A stretch of DNA of 64,000 nt from Pseudomonadota bacterium (GTDB taxonomy: Bacteria > Bdellovibrionota_B > Oligoflexia > Oligoflexales > CAIMVM01): NCBI GenBank assembly GCA_037142195.1, contig JBAXBA010000001.1, positions 96,001 to 160,000 on the forward strand, in the 5' to 3' direction. The position numbers were made by a program, and so were the translations under genes. Shown piece after piece: positions 48,139-58,916 of this stretch; the stretch's first letter is position 1, and the number at the start of each line of letters is the position of its first letter. The notes under the pieces are model-generated. The model saw only the letters and a program-made list of their open reading frames with translations. It was not told the DNA's origin and searched no databases.

Positions 48139-48561
48139 GCTTCCTCCTTTCAAGGAATATAGTTCCCCCACCTTTCGGGAGAAAAATATTTTTCTTGAGT
48201 ACATTAAATCGCATATTTGGAAGAACTTAGCAGGGCAATAAAGGGACTTTACAACTTAGTCACTCCCTATTCAAAGGCCGTAAAACTTGAAATTGTCGGC
48301 GTGTTTTCAATATTGTCGAGCCTTTGTTTGCTTTTTTTTGGGCCCTTGCTTAGACACAGCCCTTAAAAGAACTGTCCTATGAAACCACAAGGAAATAGGA
48401 TCTTTCTTTTAAAATTCTATAATTCTAATGTCTAGGTATTTTATTCTCGTAAAGCTTCCGAAAGTTCCAATAGAACTCGTATAATTTCCTTTAAAGTCCT
48501 AGAATAGTGTTACAAACTATTCTTAGGTTTGTGTCATTAGCCGAGAGATTGGGGCCTAGAA

Positions 48562-49518
48562 ATGCACTTTAAGCATACGACCGTTTTACTACATGAGACT
48601 GTTGTTGGGGTTAGGCCCCAAGATGGTGAAATTTATGTCGACTGTACCGCTGGAGGGGGTGGCCATACAGCCCTTTTACTTGAGCTATCTGCCCCCCGTG
48701 GTCGAGTGATTGCCTTTGACCGTGATCCCTACGCCTGTGCCCACCTCAAATCACGGTTTGAAAATGAGCTAAAAAGTGGTCGTCTGATCTTGAAACATGG
48801 ACCCTTCTCCGATTTAAAGCCCGCTTTGTCAGAACTCGGTCTTTTAGGGAAAATCTCGGGCATCATTGCGGACATCGGGGTGTCTAGCCCCCAAATAGAT
48901 GACGCTGAAAGAGGGTTTTCCTTTATGAACAATGGTCCCCTCGACATGAGAATGTCGGGAGAGGGACTTTCTGCTGCAGACGTAGTAAATGGCGAGAGTG
49001 AGTTTGAACTTGCACGCATATTTTATGAACTCGGCGAAGAAGTTAAGTCTCGACAGATTGCTCGGGCTATCGTTGCTTCGCGCGAAGCAAGGCCCTTTCT
49101 TGAGACCAAACAGCTTGCAGATTTTGTCAAATCGGTTGCTAGATGGCACACCGATTCAAAAAAGCACGCCGCAACCAAAGTCTTTCAGGCTTTAAGAATC
49201 CATGTAAACCAGGAACTTGGTGAGCTCTCGACCCTTGTCCACGATGCTTTAGACTTGCTCAGACCTGAGGGGCGACTCGCTATCATTTCTTTTCACTCTC
49301 TGGAAGATCGTATTATTAAGCACGAGTTTCAAAAACTTGCTGGTCGAAGACGAGAAAAAGACCTTCCTAAAGAACTTGCTGCTATAATCAATCAGCAAAA
49401 TCAGAGCACTAAAGCAGAAATTATCAAGCCCTTTCCCATCCTTCCCAGTGAAGCAGAGGTGAAGGAAAACTACAGGTCTCGAAGCGCAAAACTTAGGATT
49501 TTGGAGAAACATTTATGA
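48562..49518 (+). CDS. rsmH: 16S rRNA m4C1402 methyltransferase
   Basis: HTTVLL, DCTAGGGGH, DIGVSSPQ, FQALRIHVN, ISFHSLEDR, RSRSAKLR. Confidence 0.97.
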   Translation: MHFKHTTVLLHETVVGVRPQDGEIYVDCTAGGGGHTALLLELSAPRGRVIAFDRDPYACAHLKSRFENELKSGRLILKHGPFSDLKPALSELGLLGKISGIIADIGVSSPQIDDAERGFSFMNNGPLDMRMSGEGLSAADVVNGESEFELARIFYELGEEVKSRQIARAIVASREARPFLETKQLADFVKSVARWHTDSKKHAATKVFQALRIHVNQELGELSTLVHDALDLLRPEGRLAIISFHSLEDRIIKHEFQKLAGRRREKDLPKELAAIINQQNQSTKAEIIKPFPILPSEAEVKENYRSRSAKLRILEKHL

Positions 49519-49775
49519 AATGGATTCTTTATCTCTCTGACAGACTTCTTTTTATAGCCTTGCTTTTATGTTTTCTAATAGCCGGTCTCCGCATTCATTT
49601 AGGTGTGGAGTCGACTGTGGTTGGATATCAGCTGGGAAGACTAAAAGAAAGCGAAGCAGCCCTTCTAGAAAAACGCAGTCAGCTCCTTATGCAATATTCG
49701 AAGATGACCACTAAACCCGCATTGGCAAGGTATTCCGAGGCAAGTGCGGGAGATCGGCCCGGGGGGAGGTTATAG
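49515..49775 (+). CDS. ftsL: FtsL-like cell division protein
   Basis: TM plus coiled coil, in the canonical position between rsmH and ftsI. Confidence 0.7.
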   Translation: MKWILYLSDRLLFIALLLCFLIAGLRIHLGVESTVVGYQLGRLKESEAALLEKRSQLLMQYSKMTTKPALARYSEASAGDRPGGRL

Positions 49776-51583
49776 TGATTGTCAAACTTTTTGGGAAAGT
49801 TTTCTTATTTTTACGTCCGAAAAGGATGCGAAATGTAGATCAGAAGTTTCATGATGGACCAGCCAAATTCGTACAGGGTCTCGTTTTCGTTCTTTTTGGA
49901 ATTGCCGCTGTTCGCGCCGTTTTTGTGCATCTCTATCCTGCTGGGGAAGAACACTTAGAGGCGATTGCCAGTAAGCAATACCATAAGCCCATTGAACTGG
50001 GTAACTATCGCGGAACGATCTATGACCGCAGACACATCCCCCTTGCGATTTCCACAAAAGTGCCGTCTCTTGCGATTAATCCTAAACTTTTTGACCCAAG
50101 CCCCAAGGATCTCGCTCGTTTAGGAGCTCTACTTGGCATTCCGACAGCAAAGCTTCAGGAACTAAATCATAAAAATAGCTATTTCTCTTGGCTTGCACGC
50201 AAAGTCGATCCCACTGTCTCAGATAAGGTTTTAGCTTTAGGGCTTGCTGGGTTGTATCAGGTTTCAGAATCCTCAAGATATTACCCCTATGGTCCCTCTC
50301 TCGCCCATTTGCTTGGAAACTTAGGTCCCGAAGAATCGGGAGCCAGCGGTATTGAAAAACGATTAGAAAAAGATCTTGCGGGCTTAAAGAGTTCCATTGA
50401 GCCAGTAAAAGATGGCCGCGGACAATTGATCTTTCAAGACTCCCGAACTGCTTCCCCCGAAAAAAGCGGCCACAATGTGGAGCTCACCATTGATGCGGCG
50501 ATTCAAGACATCGTTTTTGACTCTCTGAAAAAAGGCGTCCTTGATGCGGAGGCAAAGGGAGGCTTTGCTATCGTTGTGGAGCCCTATACCGGGGCTATCT
50601 TAGGTATGTCAAGCTGGCCCACTTATGACCCCAATCGTAAGCAAGAAATCGCGACTGCTCCTCGTCATGCAGCGCTCTCGGACCTATTTGAGCCGGGTTC
50701 CATTATGAAGCCCTTTGTCATTGCGCGTGCTCTTGATCAGAAGCTCACAACACCGGAAGAAAAGCATAATTGTGAAGGTTCTGGCGTTCTGCGAATAGGA
50801 TCTAGCGCGTCCATTCGGGATGATCACCCAAAAGCAGTTATGACGACTTCCGAAGTGATCATTCACTCTTCCAACATCTGCACCTACAAAATAGCTCAAA
50901 GAATCGGTATGAAGGGGCTTTTTGACCTCTACAAGGAATTGGGCTTTGCTCCTTTAGAACCTGTGCTAGACCTCCCTGAATCCCAACGGGGGCGCTTGGC
51001 CAATTGGCAGAAATGGCTGCCCATCCGTTTTGCCAATCTTTCTTTTGGGCAAGGTATTTCTGTTACCGCGCTAGAAATTTTAAAAGGATACACGGCCTTC
51101 GCAAACGGGGGAAACGTCGTCTCACCTTACGTCATCAAACGTATCTATAACGGCGACGGAAAGGATCTTTATCTGCACTCTGATGCGGACAGTCACCGAA
51201 TGTTTACGAAAGAGACCGTCAATTCTGTTCGCAGCATGCTTCAAAACGTTGTAAACGAGGGAACCGCTACTCGCGCTAAAAGTGATCTCTATACTTTTGG
51301 AGGCAAGACGGGTACTTCTGAGAAATATGATACGCAAATCAAGGACTACTCTCCCACCAAGCGAGTGGCGAGCTTTGTGGCCTTTGCTCCTGTTTCTGAC
51401 CCCAAGCTGCTCGCTTTTGTTGTCATTGATGAGCCAGGATTAAAACCTTACTACGGAGGCAGGTGGGCTGCGCCTGTGCTTAAGGATATTGTGGAAAGAA
51501 GTTTGAAATATATGAGTATTCCCGCAGATAAAGAACCCCCTGTCTTAAGCCAGGGGAATCATAAAACACCACAAAAAGGATAG
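49775..51583 (+). CDS. ftsI: Penicillin-binding protein 3
   Basis: RGTIYDR, RYYP, EPGSIMK (SxxK), HSSN (SxN), GKTGT. Confidence 0.94.
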   Translation: MIVKLFGKVFLFLRPKRMRNVDQKFHDGPAKFVQGLVFVLFGIAAVRAVFVHLYPAGEEHLEAIASKQYHKPIELGNYRGTIYDRRHIPLAISTKVPSLAINPKLFDPSPKDLARLGALLGIPTAKLQELNHKNSYFSWLARKVDPTVSDKVLALGLAGLYQVSESSRYYPYGPSLAHLLGNLGPEESGASGIEKRLEKDLAGLKSSIEPVKDGRGQLIFQDSRTASPEKSGHNVELTIDAAIQDIVFDSLKKGVLDAEAKGGFAIVVEPYTGAILGMSSWPTYDPNRKQEIATAPRHAALSDLFEPGSIMKPFVIARALDQKLTTPEEKHNCEGSGVLRIGSSASIRDDHPKAVMTTSEVIIHSSNICTYKIAQRIGMKGLFDLYKELGFAPLEPVLDLPESQRGRLANWQKWLPIRFANLSFGQGISVTALEILKGYTAFANGGNVVSPYVIKRIYNGDGKDLYLHSDADSHRMFTKETVNSVRSMLQNVVNEGTATRAKSDLYTFGGKTGTSEKYDTQIKDYSPTKRVASFVAFAPVSDPKLLAFVVIDEPGLKPYYGGRWAAPVLKDIVERSLKYMSIPADKEPPVLSQGNHKTPQKG

Positions 51584-51585
51584 TT

Positions 51586-53064
51586 ATGTATCCTAAGCAG
51601 CTATCCTTACAGGAAATTCAAAAGCACTTTGAGTCCGTTGACCAGCTCCTGGTGTCGAGCCAGCTCCCACGAGGGGAATTCGTGAGCGGGGTAACCGTAG
51701 ATTCACGTGCTGTGAGACCTGGTTTTGCCTTTGTCGCGATTAAAGGTCATGCCCAAGATGGCCACAATTTTATAGAAGCCGCTTTAAAGTTGGGGGCCTC
51801 CCTTATCATTTGCGAACTCCCTCAAGATCCCTCAGTTCCTCATGTCTGTGTTTCCCATTCACGTCAAGCATGGGCCTATCTTGAGGACTTAAGATATGGA
51901 CATCCTGGGCGCGAACTCAAGGTTATCGGGGTTACGGGAACGAATGGGAAATCGTCGGCTGTTTGGATGATTTCGCACCTTTTAAACTCCCTCGGACAGA
52001 AAACCGCGATGATCGGCACCCTCGGGTCAAAACTAGCAGGTAGCCTCGAGCCTACCAGCCACACTACGCCCGATCCGGATCAACTCTTTAAGCTGCTGAG
52101 AGACGCTGTTTCCGGAGGAGCGAAATGTGTGGCCATGGAAGTTTCGAGCCACGCCCTCGCCCAAGGTAAGGTCTCTCCCTTGCGCTTTGCCGGCGCGATC
52201 TTTACAAGCTTTTCTCGGGATCATTTAGACTTTCACCCTAGCATGGAACACTACTTTGAAGCCAAGTGGGCTTTGTTCTCCCTCGTGCTGCCAGATGGCT
52301 TCAAACTCATGCACCAGGATATCGTCTATACAGCCCCTGTGAATAAGCTGCGTATAGACAATGCAAATATAGAATATTATGGACTTTCCTCCGGCCCCTA
52401 CGGCTTCTCCTATACACTTAACACCCTCACCTTTCACACGAAAGATTCTACTTTGAAGGCGGCTACACCTTATCTCGGCGCCCTTGCCAATACCAATCTC
52501 GTGGGATCTTTAATGGCCGTGATGCACGTTGCAGAAATTCCTTTGTCGGAAATCATGGCCCATGTGGCCTCACTTCCTCAGGTACCAGGTCGATTTGAAT
52601 TTGTAGGAAAGTCAAAATCTGGGGGCCTTGTTTACACGGACTATGCCCACACCCCAGACGCCATCCAGAAAGCAGCCCTTGCCATTAAGGATGCTTATCC
52701 TGGGAGGAAGCTTCGGATTCTATTTGGATGTGGGGGAGATCGAGACAGGGGAAAACGTCCTCTCATGGGCTCTGCTGCGGCTAAAGAATGTGAAGCGGTG
52801 TACTTAACTTCAGATAATCCCCGCTCTGAGGAACCCAAACAAATCATAGACGACATTTATAAAGGCTGCCTTGAGGTGTCTTTAGGTGCTGAGATTATCC
52901 TAGAAGTCGACCGCGAAGAGGCTATCAGAAAGGCAATTTCTTCGCTTAGTAACCTCTCGATTCTTGTTATAGCCGGAAAGGGTCACGAGACCTATCAAAT
53001 CATTAAGGATATAAAAATTCCTTTTGATGATCGCGAAGTCGCTAAGAAATATCTGAATACTTAA
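51586..53064 (+). CDS. murE: UDP-MurNAc-tripeptide synthetase (mDAP type)
   Basis: VTGTNGKS, MEVSSH, DYAHTPD, SDNPR, AGKGHE. Confidence 0.96.
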   Translation: MYPKQLSLQEIQKHFESVDQLLVSSQLPRGEFVSGVTVDSRAVRPGFAFVAIKGHAQDGHNFIEAALKLGASLIICELPQDPSVPHVCVSHSRQAWAYLEDLRYGHPGRELKVIGVTGTNGKSSAVWMISHLLNSLGQKTAMIGTLGSKLAGSLEPTSHTTPDPDQLFKLLRDAVSGGAKCVAMEVSSHALAQGKVSPLRFAGAIFTSFSRDHLDFHPSMEHYFEAKWALFSLVLPDGFKLMHQDIVYTAPVNKLRIDNANIEYYGLSSGPYGFSYTLNTLTFHTKDSTLKAATPYLGALANTNLVGSLMAVMHVAEIPLSEIMAHVASLPQVPGRFEFVGKSKSGGLVYTDYAHTPDAIQKAALAIKDAYPGRKLRILFGCGGDRDRGKRPLMGSAAAKECEAVYLTSDNPRSEEPKQIIDDIYKGCLEVSLGAEIILEVDREEAIRKAISSLSNLSILVIAGKGHETYQIIKDIKIPFDDREVAKKYLNT

Positions 53065-53122
53065 ATAAATTTCCATCATTGTGATAAAATATAGAGACAA
53101 GTTTTAATAATCAGGGGGCTTT

Positions 53123-54196
53123 TTGTTATATCAACTTCTCATCAGTTATTCTGATTCCATCTCTGGGTTCAATGTTGTCAGGTACATAACATTTCGAGCC
53201 ATGCTTGCCCTTTTGACAGCCCTCGCTATCAGTTTTATATTTTCACCCTGGTTTATTCGCAAAATGAAAGTTCGTCAATATGGGCAAGTCATTCGAACCG
53301 ACGGCCCCCAGTCCCACTTTTCAAAAAAAGGGACGCCCACCATGGGTGGCGGACTGATCCTGTTTGCGACGATTTTACCCAGCTTAATGTGGATGGATTG
53401 GTCGAACACTTTTCTGTGGCTTATTCTCACGATTACGGCCTCTTATGGCGTTATCGGATTTATGGATGATTATTTAAAGATTTCTAAGAAAAACACCAAA
53501 GGTGTTAGTGGGAAACAAAAACTCTTTTGGCAATTTGCTGTAGGCTTTCTGGTTTGTTACTTTCATTATGAAATGAACCATAATGGGGTCGTGAATATTC
53601 CGTTTTTTAAAGGCAATGGCTTTGATCTAGGCCCTTGGTATGTTCCCTTTTCCGCCCTTGTTATTGTCGGTGCGTCCAACGCCGTAAATTTAACTGATGG
53701 ACTCGACGGACTTGCCATAGGTCCGGTCATGATCAATGCGGCGGTATTTGCTGTATTGGCCTATGTAGCAGGCCATGCCACCATTTCCGAGTACCTAAAA
53801 TACCACCGCGTCGTCGGAGCTGGAGAATTGTCTATTTTTGCTTGCTCTCTCCTGGGAGCGGGCCTCGGATTTCTTTGGTACAACACCTATCCTGCTCAAG
53901 TTTTTATGGGCGACGTAGGGAGCCTACCTCTTGGAGGTGCCCTAGGAGCTCTCGCCGTATTTACCCGTCACGAACTCTTGCTCGTTGTCGTGGGAGGAAT
54001 CTTTGTTTTAGAAGCTGTTTCTGTGATCACTCAGGTTGTCTCGTTTAAGCTCACGGGAAAACGAATTTTTAAAATGGCCCCCATTCACCATCATTTTGAA
54101 CTTAAGGGCTGGCCAGAACCCAAAGTTATAGTGAGATTTTGGATTATCTCCATAGTTCTTGGAATGGTCGCCCTGATTAATTTGAAGCTACGTTGA
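53123..54196 (+). CDS. mraY: Phospho-MurNAc-pentapeptide transferase
   Basis: KKGTPTMGG, GFMDDY, NAVNLTDGLDGL, FMGDVGS, MAPIHHHFE. Confidence 0.98.
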   Translation: MLYQLLISYSDSISGFNVVRYITFRAMLALLTALAISFIFSPWFIRKMKVRQYGQVIRTDGPQSHFSKKGTPTMGGGLILFATILPSLMWMDWSNTFLWLILTITASYGVIGFMDDYLKISKKNTKGVSGKQKLFWQFAVGFLVCYFHYEMNHNGVVNIPFFKGNGFDLGPWYVPFSALVIVGASNAVNLTDGLDGLAIGPVMINAAVFAVLAYVAGHATISEYLKYHRVVGAGELSIFACSLLGAGLGFLWYNTYPAQVFMGDVGSLPLGGALGALAVFTRHELLLVVVGGIFVLEAVSVITQVVSFKLTGKRIFKMAPIHHHFELKGWPEPKVIVRFWIISIVLGMVALINLKLR

Positions 54197-54282
54197 GTAG
54201 ATCTAGTACTTGGTGCCCATGTTTTTGAGAGAGAAGCCTAAGGAGAAGTCCGCTATCGGATGCAGCCAAGTAGGGGGTTCGT

Positions 54283-55551
54283 GTGACATATCTGGTCGTA
54301 GGCATGGGAAAATCAGGGACCTCTGCGGTTCGCCTTTTAAAGTCCAGGGGCCATAAGGTTCATGCCTTTGATGATCTAAAATCCTCTATGCCCGATGACT
54401 TGTCAGATGTGCCTCTCTTTACCAAAGAACTTTCTGGCTTTTCCTATGAGGGACTCGTAGCAAGTCCAGGACTACCTCATGGACACTGGGTTCTTAATCA
54501 AGCCCGTGAAAAGCGCATCCCGATCCTTTCAGAATTGGATCTTGCCCTCAAAGGCTATCAGGGGAAGGTCGTTGCTGTTACTGGAACCAATGGCAAGTCC
54601 ACAACCTCTTCTCTTGTCTATCACCTGCTTCGTCAAGTTGGAAAACAGGTCGCCTTTGGGGGAAATATTGGAACGGCACTTTCTGAACTCGCGCTTTCTG
54701 GCCTTCCTGACCATTTGGTTTTGGAGATTTCCTCCTATCAGGCCCAAGGATCCTTTCTGATTGCACCTTCGGTCACTGTCTTTTGCAACTTTTCTCCTGA
54801 CCATTTAGACATGCACGGAACCCTAGAAGAGTATTTTAGAGCTAAAATGTGCCTCGTCGATCAAACCCTTCCGGGTGGGCACTTCATTACAGAATCTCAT
54901 GTACTTGAATTGATGAAGTCTCAGGGCTGTCTTTGCCCTAAAAACACGTCTCTTTCCGATCAACTTGAAAAGTCTTTTAATGAAAGAATCGCTTCTTTTT
55001 CTCACCTAAAAGAGCCCCACAACGTCAAGAATGCCGTTCAGGCGATCCTTGCTGTGGCTGCTCTTTTGAATCGAAAGCCCGACGATTTGATTCCCTATCT
55101 CAGCTCGTTTGTCGGCCTTGAGCATCGCTGCGAGCGAGTAGGAAATGTGGGACCAACGCGAGTCATTAATGACTCTAAGTCAACGAATGTGAACTCGACC
55201 CTCACGGCCCTTACCGCCTATACAGGGCGCATTTTGCTTTTAATCGGCGGGAGACCCAAAAAAGAGTCCATGGCCTCCATCCTCGATCACAGGCATAAAA
55301 TTGCTCGGATCATTACTTTTGGCGAAGCTTCCGAGCAAGTAAAAAGAGAGCTCTCTGAAATTCCTGTCTTTGAGCTCTCTCATATGGAAGACCTCCCTGA
55401 CTTTCTGGCTCGACACCCTTTAAATGAAGACGTTCTTCTTCTATCTCCAGCCTGCGCTTCATTTGATCAGTTCAAAAACTTTGAAGAGCGCGGACAAAGG
55501 TTTAAAATAATAGTGCAAAGGTTGCCTGGTTTTATACCCATTTCAGGCTAG
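54283..55551 (+). CDS. murD: UDP-MurNAc-L-Ala--D-glutamate ligase
   Basis: GMGKSG, VTGTNGKSTT, EISSYQ, DHLD, NDSKSTN, LSPACASFDQF. Confidence 0.96.
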   Translation: MTYLVVGMGKSGTSAVRLLKSRGHKVHAFDDLKSSMPDDLSDVPLFTKELSGFSYEGLVASPGLPHGHWVLNQAREKRIPILSELDLALKGYQGKVVAVTGTNGKSTTSSLVYHLLRQVGKQVAFGGNIGTALSELALSGLPDHLVLEISSYQAQGSFLIAPSVTVFCNFSPDHLDMHGTLEEYFRAKMCLVDQTLPGGHFITESHVLELMKSQGCLCPKNTSLSDQLEKSFNERIASFSHLKEPHNVKNAVQAILAVAALLNRKPDDLIPYLSSFVGLEHRCERVGNVGPTRVINDSKSTNVNSTLTALTAYTGRILLLIGGRPKKESMASILDHRHKIARIITFGEASEQVKRELSEIPVFELSHMEDLPDFLARHPLNEDVLLLSPACASFDQFKNFEERGQRFKIIVQRLPGFIPISG

Positions 55552-55598
55552 ATAACGCAACTTCTATATCCGTTTCGAAGCCGTAGCAAAGGTACCCC

Positions 55599-56711
55599 AT
55601 GGAAAGAAGAGAATATTGTGCCAAAATTGAGTCCGGTCTCCTGCTGGGATCCTTTCTCTTAGTGGCGATTGGGCTTGTTGCTATTTATGCGGCTAGCGCC
55701 ATGAAAGGCCTACAGTCAAACGATGATCCGTTTCTATTTGTGAGAAAGCAAGGACTAGTGGCTATTGCGGGATTTGTCGCTATCTTTTTTTTTACTAAGA
55801 TAAATCCTAAATTCCTTGAAAAAGCCCCCCTTCCCGTTGCCTTTATCGGCCTCACTTTACTCGCCATGATCTTAGTGCCCGGCGCTTATAATAAAGTGGG
55901 TGGTGCTTCCAGATGGCTCAATCTGCCTTTTTTCAGAATCCAGCCTGCTGAATTGGCTAAGCTTGCCGTAGTCCTTTTTTTAGCTAAGAATCTTACTCGA
56001 GCATCTTCGCGTCTGGATGATATTAAATCGAGCGTGATACCCAATATTCTCGTAGTGGGTCTTTTTGCTGGTTTTCTTATGCTTCAACCGGACTTTGGTT
56101 CCACGGTACTTATCGTCAGCATTATGTTTGTCATGTTGATCATTGCTGGGCTTCCCAAGATTTTAATTGCCAGCTCTTTAATCGGTACTCTAAGTCTCGG
56201 TGCTCTTGCCGTAGCTACTGCGCCTTATAGAATGAAACGAGTTCTAGCATTCATGGACCCATGGTCCCAGATTAAACACGGTGGCTTTCAGATTATCCAA
56301 AGCTATTTGGCCTTTCAAAATGGCGGACTTTTAGGAACGGGCCTAGGGGAATCCAAGCAAAAGCTTTTCTTCCTACCAGAAGCCCACACAGATTTTATTC
56401 TTTCTGTGATCGGTGAAGAATTAGGTGTTTTTGGGGTGCTTCTCGTGATAGGTCTATTTTGCTATTTGTCTTGGCTCGGTTTTAAAGTAGCGAAGAGTCA
56501 ATCCAATCCTTTTTTTAAACACACAGCCTGTGGACTGAGTTTGCTCATTGCTTTTCAATCGATATTTAATATTTTTGTCGTTATGGGACTTCTTCCCACC
56601 AAAGGCATTCCTTTACCATTTGTTAGCAATGGATCCAGCTCTTTGTTTACTTTTCTTGTGGCAACTGGCATTTTAGTAGCGATCAACCGAGACGCCGCTA
56701 GGCAGACATGA
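55599..56711 (+). CDS. ftsW: SEDS peptidoglycan polymerase FtsW
   Basis: GGASRW, IQPAELAK, QPDFG, LPEAHTDF, KGIPLPFVS. Confidence 0.96.
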   Translation: MERREYCAKIESGLLLGSFLLVAIGLVAIYAASAMKGLQSNDDPFLFVRKQGLVAIAGFVAIFFFTKINPKFLEKAPLPVAFIGLTLLAMILVPGAYNKVGGASRWLNLPFFRIQPAELAKLAVVLFLAKNLTRASSRLDDIKSSVIPNILVVGLFAGFLMLQPDFGSTVLIVSIMFVMLIIAGLPKILIASSLIGTLSLGALAVATAPYRMKRVLAFMDPWSQIKHGGFQIIQSYLAFQNGGLLGTGLGESKQKLFFLPEAHTDFILSVIGEELGVFGVLLVIGLFCYLSWLGFKVAKSQSNPFFKHTACGLSLLIAFQSIFNIFVVMGLLPTKGIPLPFVSNGSSSLFTFLVATGILVAINRDAARQT

Positions 56712-58066
56712 AGAATTTTAGTTCGTTACATTTTGTCGGAGTTTCTGGTTCGGGCATGTCCCCTTTAGCGGAGGCTATGTTTCACCTCGGCACCAAGGTT
56801 ACTGGCTATGACCGTGAAATGTCAGACTATGGGCAGGCTCTTGTCCATCTAGGTATACCCATTTCTAGTGCCCCCCAATTTGATTTCGGCTCCCCTGAGG
56901 GGGTTGTGATTTCCAGTGCCATTGCCCCGGATCACCCCCAAGTGCAACTCGCTCAAAGCCGCGGAATTCAAATTTTTCACCGTTCTGACATTCTTGCCAA
57001 CATTTTGAATCAGCGTAAATCCATAGCGGTGGCAGGAACCCATGGCAAAACTTCTACAACCGGCATGATTGCCCATATGCTCTCCAAGATGGGATTGGAT
57101 CCGCTTGCCATTGTTGGTGGCAAAATGATTGAGTTTGGCTCTTCACTCTTATTTGGACGCGGGATATGTGTCGCAGAGGCCGACGAGTCCGATGGAACTT
57201 TCTTGAAATATCGCCCCACCCTTTCTGTGGTTACCAATATTGAACCGGATCATATGAATTATTGGAAAACAGAAGAGCTTTTAAAAGATGGTTTTCGTTC
57301 TTTTGTCAAAGGATCTTCGCCGGACTATCCCTGCATTCTGGGTTGGGATTCCCCTTTCGTGCGAGATATTTCCCAAAACTTAGAGCATGATTTTTTAGGC
57401 TTTGGATTTCAGTTGGGCTGCCACATTCGCGCTTTGAATTGCGTACCTCTTGGAACAGGGTCTCAGTTTGATGTCATGATTCAAAAAGAGCGCTTAAAAG
57501 TCGAAATCCCTCTCCCGGGTCGTCACAACATCCAAAACGCTCTTGCTGCGCTTTCCGTCGCTCATGTTCTTAAAGCCCCCATGGAGCAAGCGGTGTCGGC
57601 GCTCGGATCCTTTAAAGGAGTGCATCGTCGGTTTGAACTCGTCTTTAGTTCTCCCCAAGTTTCCGTATTTAGCGACTATGCTCATAATCCTGGAAAAATT
57701 GAAGCGGCATGTTCTGTGTTAAGAGACTATTTCCCCCTCCACCGAAAAATAGTTGTCTTTGAGCCTCACCGATATACAAGGGTTCACTCTTTGCTTCAGG
57801 GATTTATAAGGGCTTTTTCAAGTGTGGATCTAGTCCTAGTAACTCCTGTCTACCCCTCTGGCGAGATGCCCCTAGAAGGCCTCAACGAAGCAAGTCTGGC
57901 CGCCGACATTGCGAAGGAGTCTCGCGTAAAAGCTCTCCCTGTTTCCAATCCTGAGCAGTTAATTCTTGAGGCCACTCGCCAAAGTGACAAAAAAGATGTT
58001 ATTCTTTTCCTAAGTGCGGGAGATGTCACTAAGCTCATGGAACCTTTTTTGAGGTCACTTGATTGA
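56708..58066 (+). CDS. murC: UDP-MurNAc--L-alanine ligase
   Basis: HFVGVSGSGMS, AGTHGKTSTT, EADESDG, NIEPDH, DYAHNP, FEPHRYTR. Confidence 0.95.
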   Translation: MKNFSSLHFVGVSGSGMSPLAEAMFHLGTKVTGYDREMSDYGQALVHLGIPISSAPQFDFGSPEGVVISSAIAPDHPQVQLAQSRGIQIFHRSDILANILNQRKSIAVAGTHGKTSTTGMIAHMLSKMGLDPLAIVGGKMIEFGSSLLFGRGICVAEADESDGTFLKYRPTLSVVTNIEPDHMNYWKTEELLKDGFRSFVKGSSPDYPCILGWDSPFVRDISQNLEHDFLGFGFQLGCHIRALNCVPLGTGSQFDVMIQKERLKVEIPLPGRHNIQNALAALSVAHVLKAPMEQAVSALGSFKGVHRRFELVFSSPQVSVFSDYAHNPGKIEAACSVLRDYFPLHRKIVVFEPHRYTRVHSLLQGFIRAFSSVDLVLVTPVYPSGEMPLEGLNEASLAADIAKESRVKALPVSNPEQLILEATRQSDKKDVILFLSAGDVTKLMEPFLRSLD

Positions 58067-58911
58067 TTTTTAAACGAAAGCAAGGAAGCTCCGTTCTAAA
58101 GGGGCAAAAACCAGTTCGGCGCGGGTCAGAGGTTAAGACTCGCAAAGAATATTGGCTTTACATGGCTTTTGCCGGAATTTTAGGGTCGTGGATTTTACTC
58201 ATTTCTATAAAAGGTTTTATCGCTCCTGTCATACGCAATGGTCTCTTTGAGATGAGCAAGCCTGAAATGCCTATCGAGTTTCAAGTAGATGCCAAAGACA
58301 TGAGTCCTGAACGAGAGGCTTTGGTTAAGTCTATGCTTTCCAAACACATCCTATCTGGTTCGCGATATGAGCTTCATGAGGCTGGAGAGAATTTGGCTCG
58401 CACGTTTCCTTTAAAGTCGGTCCACCTACTTAGAACGTCTAAGACGGGAGTTTTAGCAAAAATTGAAGCCCATAAGGCCATGGTTCGCATTCCTGAAATT
58501 CAGGACGCCTTCGCCACCAAGGATGGTCTGGTCTTTGTGGACAGCGAGTCCAGGGCGATAAATAGTGCCCTTCCTGCCTTATCGGGAGCTGTCGAAAGTC
58601 GCTCTAATTTAGAAAAAAGGAGCGGTTCTGAGGTTTTAATTTCAGAAACGGAGCGACAGGGCGTGTTGGAAACAGCTCTTTTGCTCACTACCCTTCAGGA
58701 AGTTAATGTGCCTGTTAAGGCTGTATCCTGGGATGGATACCGAGGTCTTTCCTTCGAGGTAAATGAGGAAACAAAGGTTGTCATCGGCATGGCGCCATTT
58801 AAAGACAAGTTGAAGCCACTTCTTAAGCTCATAGAAGAGGGTAAAATGAGCGGCTATAGACATATAGAGTTAGATTTTAATGGAAAAATATTTGCAAAGA
58901 GAAAGGTCTGA
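58063..58911 (+). CDS. ftsQ: Divergent FtsQ/DivIB-like protein
   Basis: Basic N-tail, single TM, C-terminal HIELDFNGKIFAK; located before ftsA. Confidence 0.65.
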   Translation: MIFKRKQGSSVLKGQKPVRRGSEVKTRKEYWLYMAFAGILGSWILLISIKGFIAPVIRNGLFEMSKPEMPIEFQVDAKDMSPEREALVKSMLSKHILSGSRYELHEAGENLARTFPLKSVHLLRTSKTGVLAKIEAHKAMVRIPEIQDAFATKDGLVFVDSESRAINSALPALSGAVESRSNLEKRSGSEVLISETERQGVLETALLLTTLQEVNVPVKAVSWDGYRGLSFEVNEETKVVIGMAPFKDKLKPLLKLIEEGKMSGYRHIELDFNGKIFAKRKV

Positions 58912-58916
58912 GTCTG

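Noticed and set aside
48292..48319. GCCGACAA sigma28-like -10 and an ATTGTCG direct repeat upstream of the LysM gene
   Set aside because: The -35 (TCGA) is weak and two 7-mers are too little to call
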